Virus record (IMG/VR): IMGVR_UViG_3300043446_003867
Location: 1-64,000 of that record
From: a virus
Strand: one strand, 5' to 3'
DNA: 64,000 nucleotides
The notes beneath the pieces are model-generated. The model was not told the origin of the DNA. It searched no databases and saw nothing but the letters and a program-made list of their open reading frames with translations. Position 1 is the stretch's first letter, and every line of letters starts with the position of its first letter. The position numbers and the translations under genes were made by a program. Shown piece after piece: positions 36,181 through 44,667 of this stretch.

Positions 36181-36198
36181 AAAGTCGAGTTCTAACCG

Positions 36199-36528
36199 AT
36201 GACGTTGGGAAGATTGCTGCGGGGAATCAGGGAAGAGAGAGGGTGGACGCTGAGGCATGTCGCGAAACGCGCGGGATTGTCGCCGACGATCGTGTCGAGA
36301 GTGGAGACGGACCAGGATAGGATCGCGCCCGATACGCTCGAATCACTCCTGGTGACGATCGAAGCGAACGAGGAGCAGACCACGCGGGCGTTCTTTCTCG
36401 CAGGTAGGTTCCCGGACTCCGTGCTGGAACGCGCGCTGGCGTCAGAGGAGAACTTCGCGAGCGTCATCCGGTTCGTTCGTAGTCTCCCGATCCCGAACCC
36501 TTCCCGCTATCCGGCTCGATCTCCCTGA
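36199..36528 (+). CDS. XRE-family HTH regulator
   Basis: LRGIREERGWTLRHVAKRAGLS...SRVE. Confidence 0.88.
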   Translation: MTLGRLLRGIREERGWTLRHVAKRAGLSPTIVSRVETDQDRIAPDTLESLLVTIEANEEQTTRAFFLAGRFPDSVLERALASEENFASVIRFVRSLPIPNPSRYPARSP

Positions 36529-37147
36529 GCGTGTACCCGTATGCGGCGGTCTATCGTTCTCCGCGAGACGTTCGAGAGAGATGGTCTGACCCCCGTTCGC
36601 GGTACCCTCTGAGCGCCCCGGTCGTCGTATCGATGAACTCACTCGTACCCCATCGCTCACGACCCATTTTCAACCCCGTTCCACCCTCACGGTAGATGAT
36701 TCGTACCGTCGAGTTTTCCAGCGAAATAATCGCAACGGATTGGCCTACGCTGGTCGCTTCGCGCGTCTCCTCAGCGGTCAGAAGGCCGATTGCCGGGCCG
36801 TGACCGGCCCTCCCCGAGCCTTTCGAGAGCCACCCTAGGGGTCGATGACCCCCGAGGCATCGACGCGTTAAAACGCCGTTTAGGAGGAAGTTGCTCCGAG
36901 GGGGATCGGTACGGTGTGAACCGAAACGGTCGTTTCGGGTCACGGAGGGGCGACTCGGGTGCTCGGAATTGGCCGACGTTACCCTTTACGTGGGGGCATG
37001 CCCTGGCTCGATCTTGCGGTCGTTTCCTCGCGGCTGACCGCGGCTGCGGGCCGCTGGGCGGCTCGCCGAGGCCGCTGGCACGCGAGGGGGGTGCAGGGGA
37101 AGTGACGGGGGGCGTGCAGGACAAGGGTACCCCAAACTCGTCGTGAC

Positions 37148-37237
37148 AAATTTTTAGGTTAGGCGACTTGAAGGGATTCGGGTTTTGGGTTACGCACAAA
37201 GGAGTGGCCGAAGGTCGGTCGACGGAGGTGGAGAGGA
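37148..37237 (+). promoter_or_regulatory. module 15 (diverged)
   Basis: TTGAAG 37168, 17 bp, TACGCA 37191; hairpin GGCCGA-AGG-TCGGTC; SD GGAGG. Confidence 0.65.
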
Positions 37238-37289
37238 ATGAGCGCGAAGGTTGTCGGTGAGTGCGTCATGGGTGGAGTGGAGGTGTGTG

Positions 37290-37628
37290 ATGCGAGTGTT
37301 TTTGACTCCGAGGGCGTTGGTTGGGGTTGGTGAGTGGGAGCGGGTGGGGGAAGCGATATTGTTCGGGTGTGAGGAGTATTTGATCGGGGGTGTGTCGTTC
37401 GTGGTGTGGAGCGAGGACGAGGGGTCGCGGGTATTGGGGGCGGTGTATGAGATCGACGCGGAGGGGGTTGAGGGGATTGATCGGCGGATGGTGGATCAGT
37501 CGAGGGAGGAGCGGACGGTGTTGATGGGAGGGGTGGCGGAATTCGCGGAGGTGTATGTGTTGCGGAATCGGGCGTTGTTGGCGGGATCGTGGGACGTGGA
37601 AAAGATGTCGATGAGCGGTCCGGGATGA
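37290..37628 (+). CDS. degenerate gamma-glutamylcyclotransferase (AIG2)-like protein
   Basis: SD GGAGGT; VLGAVYEI...IDRR...R...V...AEVYV pattern. Confidence 0.45.
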   Translation: MRVFLTPRALVGVGEWERVGEAILFGCEEYLIGGVSFVVWSEDEGSRVLGAVYEIDAEGVEGIDRRMVDQSREERTVLMGGVAEFAEVYVLRNRALLAGSWDVEKMSMSGPG

Positions 37629-37630
37629 CG

Positions 37631-37709
37631 AATTCTACTTGATTGGGTTCGGGTTTCGGGATATGGTCTGCTTGTGGGTTCAAGGAGCCCCGAAGAAGGA
37701 GACGGGATC
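37631..37709 (+). promoter_or_regulatory. module 16
   Basis: TTGATT 37639, 17 bp, TATGGT 37662; hairpin GGGTTC-AAG-GAGCCC; SD AAGGAG. Confidence 0.8.
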
Positions 37710-37901
37710 ATGGGAAAGCGAATCAAGATTGACGGTGTGGTTTGTGAGGTTGTGAACGCGTATTCGAGCGGGCCGGGAGCGCCGGCGTTCGAGTACGACC
37801 TACGCGATGGGGGGTATGTGTATTGCGTGGGGCCGGAGTGGAAGTTGCAGATGAGGGGTCAGTTCGCGCGGGTGGTGAACGTCGAGATCATCGCGGAGTG
37901 A
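37710..37901 (+). CDS. cassette 16 ORF, 63 aa
   Basis: ATG after the module. Confidence 0.7.
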   Translation: MGKRIKIDGVVCEVVNAYSSGPGAPAFEYDLRDGGYVYCVGPEWKLQMRGQFARVVNVEIIAE

Positions 37902-37977
37902 TTTTCACTTGCGTGGTTTTGGGTTTCGGTTTATGGTTCCTGTATCGGACAACGATCCGACAACGAGGAGGTGAGTC
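37902..37977 (+). promoter_or_regulatory. module 17
   Basis: TTGCGT 37909, 17 bp, TATGGT 37932; TCGGA/TCCGA hairpin; SD GGAGGT. Confidence 0.8.
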
Positions 37978-38256
37978 GTGGGTGAGTGGAAGTTCAACAA
38001 GTGGGCGGATTGCTACGGGGCGTTGATCGAGGAGATCCCCGAAGTGGCGGCGGCGCGAGTGGCGGAGGTCTTCGGTCGCGGCGTGGAGATGAATCATAAG
38101 GATTACGGGGCGGAGTGGGTTTTCGAGGGGTGTGTCGAGGGGCGGCGGGTGAATTACCGCGTGTATGAGCGCGGGGGCGTCATGAGGTTCGGGGGGCCGC
38201 ATGATCATTTCGGATTTGCGGCGTTCCGCGCGTGGTTTCTGGCGTGTGTTGCGTGA
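37978..38256 (+). CDS. cassette 17 ORF
   Basis: GTG after the module. Confidence 0.7.
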   Translation: MGEWKFNKWADCYGALIEEIPEVAAARVAEVFGRGVEMNHKDYGAEWVFEGCVEGRRVNYRVYERGGVMRFGGPHDHFGFAAFRAWFLACVA

Positions 38257-38272
38257 TCGAAGGAGACGGACG

Positions 38273-38992
38273 ATGGCGAAGAAGATTCTCAAGGAAGCGA
38301 TGTACGCGGTGATTTACGTGCGCGTGAGCACGGATCAGCAGGCGAAGGAGGGGATCGGGCTCGACGCGCAGCTTGCGCGGTGCAAGGCGGTGGCGGAGGC
38401 GCGCGGGTTGATGGTCATCGATGATTTCCGAGACGAGGGAATCAGCGGCAAGGCGGAGATTCGGCTTCGGCCTGGTCTGCAAGCGGCGATCGCGAAGTGT
38501 AAGGAACGGAACGCGATCCTGATTAGTTATTCGGTGAGCCGTATTGCGCGTCGGCAGCGCCTTCTCTGGGATCTGCTCGATCCGGAGGGCGGGCACCGGC
38601 TGGCGTATATCTCGGCGACGGAGCCGTTTGATACGTCGACGCCGATGGGGCGCGCGATGCTCGGGATGATCGGGGTGTGGAGCCAGCTCGAAGCGGACCT
38701 CGTGAGCGAGCGGACGAAGGATGCGCTTGCTCAGGCGAAGGCGCGCGGGACGCGTCTCGGAGCGCCGTCGACGGCGTCGCTCGTTACGGAAAGCGCGGTT
38801 GCGCGGATCGACGCGTTGGCGGCGGAGGGGTTGTCGTTGCGGTTGATCGCGGACAAGTTGAACGCGGAGGGTGTCCCGACGGCGAAGGGGGTCGGGCAGT
38901 GGTGGCCGAAGACGGTGCGGTCCGTATTGGTTGATCTGCAAATCAAGCGGATTGCGGCGCTTCCGCGTCATGAAGAAAGCGAGGAACGATGA
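38273..38992 (+). CDS. small serine recombinase (resolvase domain + short recombinase-type HTH)
   Basis: YVRVST catalytic Ser, DEGISG, RPGL, SRIAR, ERTK, IADKLNAEGVPT...W; SD AAGGAG. Confidence 0.92.
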   Translation: MAKKILKEAMYAVIYVRVSTDQQAKEGIGLDAQLARCKAVAEARGLMVIDDFRDEGISGKAEIRLRPGLQAAIAKCKERNAILISYSVSRIARRQRLLWDLLDPEGGHRLAYISATEPFDTSTPMGRAMLGMIGVWSQLEADLVSERTKDALAQAKARGTRLGAPSTASLVTESAVARIDALAAEGLSLRLIADKLNAEGVPTAKGVGQWWPKTVRSVLVDLQIKRIAALPRHEESEER

Positions 38993-39468
38993 ATATCTTT
39001 GCGCTCGATAGCGATCCGGTCCGCGCGGCGGAGTACATGTGTGACAAGCACGTCGTCAAGATGGCGCTGGAGACGGCGCAGCTACTCTGCACGGCGCTTG
39101 CGCAGCATGGGGCGGAGGAGTTGCCGTACAAGCCGACGCATCGGAACCACCCGTGCACGATCTGGGCGGCGGAGTCGCGCGCGAACTTTCTATGGCTCGC
39201 GGAGCACGGTGACGCGATTTGTCGCGAGTACAGCAAGCGGTACGGCGGGCGCGAGCATAAGTCGCGCGCGGTCATCGTACGGGCGGCGGAGCAGAGCGCG
39301 AAGATCCCGGAGCGTTCGTTGACGCGGTTCGCGCAGGCGATGCCGGATCAGTACAAGAACGCGGATCCGGTCGCGGCGTATCGGGCGTACTACATCGGGG
39401 ACAAGGCGCGGTTCGCGTCGTGGCGCGCGCCGGCGGTGGTGCCGGATTGGTGGCGCGCGGAAGCGTGA
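38989..39468 (+). CDS. pyrimidine-dimer DNA glycosylase (T4 endonuclease V family)
   Basis: MNIF.LD...DKHVVKM.LE.AQLL, H.NHPCT.W and AYRAYY motifs. Confidence 0.8.
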   Translation: MNIFALDSDPVRAAEYMCDKHVVKMALETAQLLCTALAQHGAEELPYKPTHRNHPCTIWAAESRANFLWLAEHGDAICREYSKRYGGREHKSRAVIVRAAEQSAKIPERSLTRFAQAMPDQYKNADPVAAYRAYYIGDKARFASWRAPAVVPDWWRAEA

Positions 39469-39489
39469 TAGGGTGCTGCTCCGGGTGGC

Positions 39490-41130
39490 ATGAGATACCA
39501 AGATAGTGAAGGAAACGAGCTGACGCCGGAGCAGATTCAGGACGGCGTCGATCTCTTCGCGTGGGTGGAGGAGCAGGCGGAGTTGGCGAGGAAGGACGTG
39601 AAAACGTTCTTCCAGTTCGTCATGCGTCACGAGACGAAGAGGACGCCGCTCGATTGTATGCCGCATCAGCGGGTGCTGTTCGACTTCGTTGAGCAGTATC
39701 CGCGGTGTGTGATCCGGATGCCGGTCGGCACGAGCAAGACGTTCAGCATGGCGGCGTTGACGTTGCATCTCCTCGGGCGGGATCCGTCGTCGCGTGGCGC
39801 GATTGTGTCGGCGACGCAGGCGCAGGCGCAGAAGCCGTTGAGCATGGTGCGGGATACGATCGAGAACAGCGTCGAGTTGCGGCGGGTGTTTCCGAAGCTG
39901 CGGAAGTCGTCGCGCAAGACGGACTCGTGGGCGCAGAGCGAGATCACGGTGGATCGTCCGCCGGGTATCCGTGACCCGTCGCTGATCGCGGTGGGTATCG
40001 ATGGCGCGATCGCAGGCGCGCGTCTCTCATGGATCGTCGTCGACGATATCCTCGACCGCGAGAATACGAGCACGGCGGCGGGCTTGCAGAAGGTCCACGA
40101 TTGGTTCGACAGCTCGGTCCTTTCGCGTATCGATCCGGGGCACGGGCGAATCGTCGTCACGAACACGCCGTGGCATCCGGAAGATCTCACGTACAAGCTG
40201 GAATCGGCGGGGTGGCCGACGATCACGATCGACGTCCTCGGCAATATTCGACTCTCGAACTGCGACGACTTCGATACGGATGACATCGTACCGAGTGCGC
40301 GACCGGGAGAGATCTATCGGTTGGCGTCGCATGGCGAACCGACGAACTCGCGGGGCGAGGTGATCGACGAGACGGAGCCGCTGTGGGCGGGGCGTTATCC
40401 GTGGAGCGAGATCGAGGAGTTGAAGCGGACGCACCTCCCGCATCGATTCAATCAGCTCTATCTCTGCATCTGCCGAAGCGATGAAACGGCGCGGTGCAAG
40501 GTGGAGTGGGTCGAAACGTGTAAGGCGCAGGGGCGCGGGCTTACGTTGCTCTCCAGCTACCATGGCGACAATCCGACGATCACGGGCGTCGACCTCGCGG
40601 TGGGGCGAGGGTCGCAGTACGACCAGACGGCGCTATTCACGTTCGAGCAGCATCGAAACGGGAAGCGGCAGATCATCGACATCGAGTTCGGGCAGTGGGA
40701 CGCGCCGACGATCGTGCAGAAGTTGATCCACAAGGCGCAGGTCTACAAGTCGATCGTCCGCGTGGAGAACAACGCGGCGCAGGACTACCTCGTGCAGTTT
40801 GCGCGGGCGGCGAACGCGTCGATCCCGATCAAGGCGCACGCGACGGGGCGCTCGAAGGCGCATCCGGAGTTCGGCGTCGAAGGCATCTTCATCGAGATTC
40901 AAAACGGCGCGTGGATCATCCCTTGCGATCCGGGTGGGCGATGCCATCCGGCGGTACAGCGCTGGATTGACGATTGTTTGTATTATCAAGCGGGTTCGCA
41001 CGTCGGCGACGTGTTGATGGCGTCATGGTTTGCGCGTGAGCAGGCGCGCGATCTCGGGTTCAGCGCGGGGCGCGGTTCGTCGGGCGCGCAGAGCGTTGGT
41101 GCTCTGGCGTCGCAGCTCATGTCGCGTTAG
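39490..41130 (+). CDS. terL: terminase large subunit
   Basis: PHQ, MPVGTSKT Walker A variant, IVVDD, TPWHPEDL, nuclease GVDLA and GDVLMA. Confidence 0.9.
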   Translation: MRYQDSEGNELTPEQIQDGVDLFAWVEEQAELARKDVKTFFQFVMRHETKRTPLDCMPHQRVLFDFVEQYPRCVIRMPVGTSKTFSMAALTLHLLGRDPSSRGAIVSATQAQAQKPLSMVRDTIENSVELRRVFPKLRKSSRKTDSWAQSEITVDRPPGIRDPSLIAVGIDGAIAGARLSWIVVDDILDRENTSTAAGLQKVHDWFDSSVLSRIDPGHGRIVVTNTPWHPEDLTYKLESAGWPTITIDVLGNIRLSNCDDFDTDDIVPSARPGEIYRLASHGEPTNSRGEVIDETEPLWAGRYPWSEIEELKRTHLPHRFNQLYLCICRSDETARCKVEWVETCKAQGRGLTLLSSYHGDNPTITGVDLAVGRGSQYDQTALFTFEQHRNGKRQIIDIEFGQWDAPTIVQKLIHKAQVYKSIVRVENNAAQDYLVQFARAANASIPIKAHATGRSKAHPEFGVEGIFIEIQNGAWIIPCDPGGRCHPAVQRWIDDCLYYQAGSHVGDVLMASWFAREQARDLGFSAGRGSSGAQSVGALASQLMSR

Positions 41131-41153
41131 CGTCGCAGGCGGAGGTTCCGCAC

Positions 41154-41684
41154 ATGAAAGATTTCGTCGTCATCCACGATCCGGCAGGGAAACTGTCGGA
41201 AGGCAAGGTTCTCACGGGCAACGCCGTCGCCGTCGCGAAGTCGCGCGGCGTCGTTCTTCTCCCGGTTGAGCCTGATCTGATTCCTCGATCCGCGTTCGCC
41301 GGATGGGCGAAGCGTTGCTACGGCGACGGCGAGCAGTTCGCGCAGTTGCAGTCCTCGCGTGGCTGCGCGCTCGCGCTTCACGCGCACCCGGACTTCCCGA
41401 CGCTTCACTGGGCGGCGCGAATCGTTCCGTTCGCCCCGCACGTTGAGGGTTCGCTTCGCATCGCGAGCGACACGGCGCAGCTTCACTCGCTCGCGTGCGG
41501 CATCGCGCCCATCACGTCGCCTGTCGTGCTTGATACGCTCGGCGAGGAAGACGCGCAGGGTGGGTGGACGGTGTACGGCGCGGCCAAGGCGACGATTCCG
41601 GGCGATGCGTACATCGCAGTGCAGCTTTACGGCATGATGACGGGCGCGCGCGTGGCGTGGTTCGCCATCAGTCAGAGCGCCTAA
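41154..41684 (+). CDS. hypothetical protein
   Basis: SD GGAGG. Confidence 0.6.
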   Translation: MKDFVVIHDPAGKLSEGKVLTGNAVAVAKSRGVVLLPVEPDLIPRSAFAGWAKRCYGDGEQFAQLQSSRGCALALHAHPDFPTLHWAARIVPFAPHVEGSLRIASDTAQLHSLACGIAPITSPVVLDTLGEEDAQGGWTVYGAAKATIPGDAYIAVQLYGMMTGARVAWFAISQSA

Positions 41685-41695
41685 CGAGGATCGTC

Positions 41696-42118
41696 ATGGC
41701 GGATCTCGTCGCACTCTGGACTGAGGCGCGCGAGGCGCGCGCGCGTTACATGGCGCTTGCGCGCGAGAAGGCGCGCGATGATGCGAGCGTTTCGCAGGAG
41801 ACGCTGACGGCGGCGGCGAACGACGCGGTGCTCGCGGAGTACCGCGCGCGTGACGCGCAGATTCGGAACACTTGGACGGAGTGGAAGGCGCCGACGCGCT
41901 ACGAGCACGTTTGGGGCAAGTGGACGGCGCGCGTCATTGATCCCGAGACGGGGATGCCGGAGCCGCAGAAGGTCATGATGGGGTGCCGCAACTGCGGCCA
42001 ACAGTGGCAGACGACGTGCGCGAGCGGGCACGTCCAAGCGCACATTCAGAAGTTCGCGGTGCAGCATCTACACGCGGACGTGTTCGGGTACGTGCCGAGG
42101 AAGGGGCTGGACGAATGA
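41696..42118 (+). CDS. hypothetical, C2H2-like C-terminus
   Basis: SD GAGG; CRNC...H...H. Confidence 0.6.
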   Translation: MADLVALWTEAREARARYMALAREKARDDASVSQETLTAAANDAVLAEYRARDAQIRNTWTEWKAPTRYEHVWGKWTARVIDPETGMPEPQKVMMGCRNCGQQWQTTCASGHVQAHIQKFAVQHLHADVFGYVPRKGLDE

Positions 42119-42399
42119 ACGTGATGATTGGGGGCGGTCAGGCGAAGGCGAGCGAGGCGTGCCCGTATTGCGGCGCGTCGACGCCGCTCATGCTTGGGCC
42201 GCAGGACTTCGGGCCGGAGCACGCGGTGCAGGTCGTTGAGGCGTTGCGGACGAGCACGCTCTACGGGTGTGATGCGTGCGGGAAGAATTGGGCGGTGGTT
42301 CGGAAGAAGGGCACGCCGCCGTTCTTCCAAGGCGCGAAGGGCAATCGGCACGAGCGACGAGCGGCGGTGGCGAGGGCTCGTCGCAAGCGTGCGGCGTGA
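42115..42399 (+). CDS. Zn-ribbon protein
   Basis: CPYC...CDAC; ATGA overlap. Confidence 0.6.
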   Translation: MNVMIGGGQAKASEACPYCGASTPLMLGPQDFGPEHAVQVVEALRTSTLYGCDACGKNWAVVRKKGTPPFFQGAKGNRHERRAAVARARRKRAA

Positions 42400-42423
42400 C
42401 GCGGAAGGGGGTAGGGTTGCGCC

Positions 42424-42657
42424 ATGACTCAGGCTCAGCTCTACGCCGCATGTGTGACGATCGCGCCGAACTTCACAGTGCAGATCATTTGGACGACGCT
42501 GCCGACCGTGTCGCGGTCGATCCAGTGGTTCGGGCGACCGAAGGGAACGCTCAACAATCTGACCGGCGGCATCGTTTTCCCGGACAATAGCGACTTTGAG
42601 CCGAAGCTGACCTTCGTGCTGACGCAGGCGCTCGCGGTGCTTCAACAGGCGGGCTAG
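42424..42657 (+). CDS. hypothetical virion-associated protein
   Basis: precedes the tail fibre gene; leaderless-type -10. Confidence 0.55.
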   Translation: MTQAQLYAACVTIAPNFTVQIIWTTLPTVSRSIQWFGRPKGTLNNLTGGIVFPDNSDFEPKLTFVLTQALAVLQQAG

Positions 42658-42668
42658 GATCGACGACC

Positions 42669-44660
42669 ATGAGCTACCTGAGTCTTCCGGCGGGCGCGGT
42701 CGCACGACCGCTTATTTCTGGCGTAGCGAACGCTGCGGGCCTGCGCGCGGTCGCTCCCTCGGCGACGTTCGGTCAAGGCATCACGGCGACCGTGACGGGC
42801 CTCGGGACGTTCGCCTTCGATACGGCGTCGCTGGCGGTCGATAACGGCACGACGGTGATCAAGCCCGACGACATCCTCGTCGGCAACCCAGGGCGATGGA
42901 TTGCTGCGGGCGGAGGCGGCGGAATCGGAGGCGGCGGCACAACGGATGTTATCCCGATGTGGAGCAGCCCGACGGCGCTGACGGATAGCCCGATCTCGCG
43001 TATTGGCGGTGCGATCGACGCGAGTTCGTTGACCAACAGCGGCGTTGGATACACGAACGGCAATTACATTAACGTTCCTCTTACTGGCGGAAGCGGTACG
43101 GGTGCCACGGCTGACATCGTGGTCTTCGGCACGTCGGTCACCGCGGTGTTCCTGCGCAAGCGCGGCATCAACTACGTGGCTGGCGAAGTGCTTTCGGCTG
43201 CGACGATCGGTCCCGGCGCGAACTTCCAGTACACGATCATCAAGATCGCCGACACGGTGGGAACGTCGGCGGAGTTTACGTCGGCGCTGAGCGTTGGTGC
43301 GGGCACGTCGTCTCCACGCGGCTCGTTTGACACGGCGGGGTGCGCGTTTATCGGCGTGCCATCGGGAACGGTCGTTGAGTATGCGAACGCGTTGCGGGCG
43401 CGTATTACGACTGGTCTTTCTATCGGCGCGCTGACGTCGTACTCAATCACGACGCCGTTAGAACTCCCGGTCGGAATGTCGATGAACCAGGCGTTCGACG
43501 GGAGCGCGATCGCTGGAGGCTGGACCGCGATCGGTATGTATTCGGTTCCGCGAGCGACGGCATCGCAAGCGGGATCGAACTACACCGTTTACGGCATGTA
43601 CTCGGTCGCGGCGCGCTCGTACGCGGCGGATCTTTCGACGACGTCAACGTATGTGGGCATTTTGACAGCCGCGCAGATTGCCGGTTCTGCGTTCGTGTCA
43701 GCGTCGACGGGCACGCTAATTGGCATCGACGCGTCGGTGGCAAACCCGCGCACGGGTCACAACGTCGGATCAATGTACGGAGGGGTATTCCGCACATCGG
43801 TATCGAACGGCACGGCGAACACCGTCGTGGGCGTGCGCGTTTCGTCAAGTGGTAGCGGCACGATCCTGGATTATTACGGTCTCCGGATTGAGCAGAACGG
43901 CACGTTGATCACGAGCAACCTGCGCATCGGTATCGCGCAGGAAGACCCGTCGTGCGCGAACTACTACCAGGGAACGTCGGCGTTCGGCATGTACGAGCCG
44001 AACCCGCGCGCTAACGTGCACGTTGGTCCGTCGACGGCGACGCATGGTTCGATGTTCTTTGAGACGGGCGTCGCTCCGGCGGTTCCGGTCACCGGTCATG
44101 TCTGGCGCGACGGAAGCGAACTCTACGTCGAGGCGCTAAACATCACGCCGCTCACGGCCAACTTCAAGGTCGGCACGGCGGGCTACGGCGTTGACTTCAG
44201 CGTCACGCCGAACGCGGGAACGTCGGAGCTGTTTGACGACTACGAGGAAGGAACGTGGACGCCGGGCTTTACGGTTACGGGCGCGGGTGCGTCGATCGCG
44301 ATCGTTAACGCGGACACCGAAGCGGTCTACACGAAGAAAGGGCGCGAAGTCACCGTGTGCTTCTCAATCGCTGTCGGCGCGATCGTTAACACGCCGCAAG
44401 GCGTCGACATCACGGGCCTTCCGTATCCCGTCGATAGTGGTTGCGGCACGTACGGCTTAACGATTCCGGTCGACATCTATCTGGGAACGAACTTCGCCAA
44501 CAAGTTCGCTGGGTTCGCGGGCACTCTCTACAACGGCGGATCGTCAATTCAGCTCGTTTGGTACGATCACAACGGCGTGATCGACGTCACGCCTGGACCA
44601 AGCATTCAGGCGAACAACAGCGTGATCAGCGCATCAATCACCTACTTTGCAGCAACGTGA
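42669..44660 (+). CDS. tail fibre / receptor-binding-like protein
   Basis: G/T/S/A-rich beta protein; DNGTTVIKP...GRW N-terminus; DDYEEGTWTP...YTKKGREV C-terminal domain. Confidence 0.75.
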   Translation: MSYLSLPAGAVARPLISGVANAAGLRAVAPSATFGQGITATVTGLGTFAFDTASLAVDNGTTVIKPDDILVGNPGRWIAAGGGGGIGGGGTTDVIPMWSSPTALTDSPISRIGGAIDASSLTNSGVGYTNGNYINVPLTGGSGTGATADIVVFGTSVTAVFLRKRGINYVAGEVLSAATIGPGANFQYTIIKIADTVGTSAEFTSALSVGAGTSSPRGSFDTAGCAFIGVPSGTVVEYANALRARITTGLSIGALTSYSITTPLELPVGMSMNQAFDGSAIAGGWTAIGMYSVPRATASQAGSNYTVYGMYSVAARSYAADLSTTSTYVGILTAAQIAGSAFVSASTGTLIGIDASVANPRTGHNVGSMYGGVFRTSVSNGTANTVVGVRVSSSGSGTILDYYGLRIEQNGTLITSNLRIGIAQEDPSCANYYQGTSAFGMYEPNPRANVHVGPSTATHGSMFFETGVAPAVPVTGHVWRDGSELYVEALNITPLTANFKVGTAGYGVDFSVTPNAGTSELFDDYEEGTWTPGFTVTGAGASIAIVNADTEAVYTKKGREVTVCFSIAVGAIVNTPQGVDITGLPYPVDSGCGTYGLTIPVDIYLGTNFANKFAGFAGTLYNGGSSIQLVWYDHNGVIDVTPGPSIQANNSVISASITYFAAT

Positions 44661-44667
44661 GGGCACC

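Larger units (their letters stand above)
26140..37977 (+). repeat. dispersed direct-repeat family: 17 promoter-hairpin-RBS modules
   Basis: core approx. ACT(G/A/T)GNNN-GGKTTYGGGTTTYGGKT-TAYGNT found 17 times, all on the + strand, each 40-50 nt before a start codon. Confidence 0.95.

Noticed and set aside
26140-37977. Repeat array read as a CRISPR array
   Set aside because: Repeats are degenerate, the intervening DNA is hundreds of bp of coding sequence, and no cas genes are present.
26178-38201. ORF-track N-terminal extensions such as MGFGL..., MVCSSV..., MGSMSP...
   Set aside because: They translate the promoter repeat; the likely starts follow the RBS.
26140-38992. Classical integron
   Set aside because: No tyrosine integrase, no consistent RYYYAAC/GTTRRRY attC boxes, and every cassette carries its own promoter.
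38273-38992. Recombinase as prophage integrase or IS607 transposase
   Set aside because: Too short for a large serine integrase (no zinc-ribbon domain), and it has no N-terminal MerR-like HTH or adjacent tnpB.
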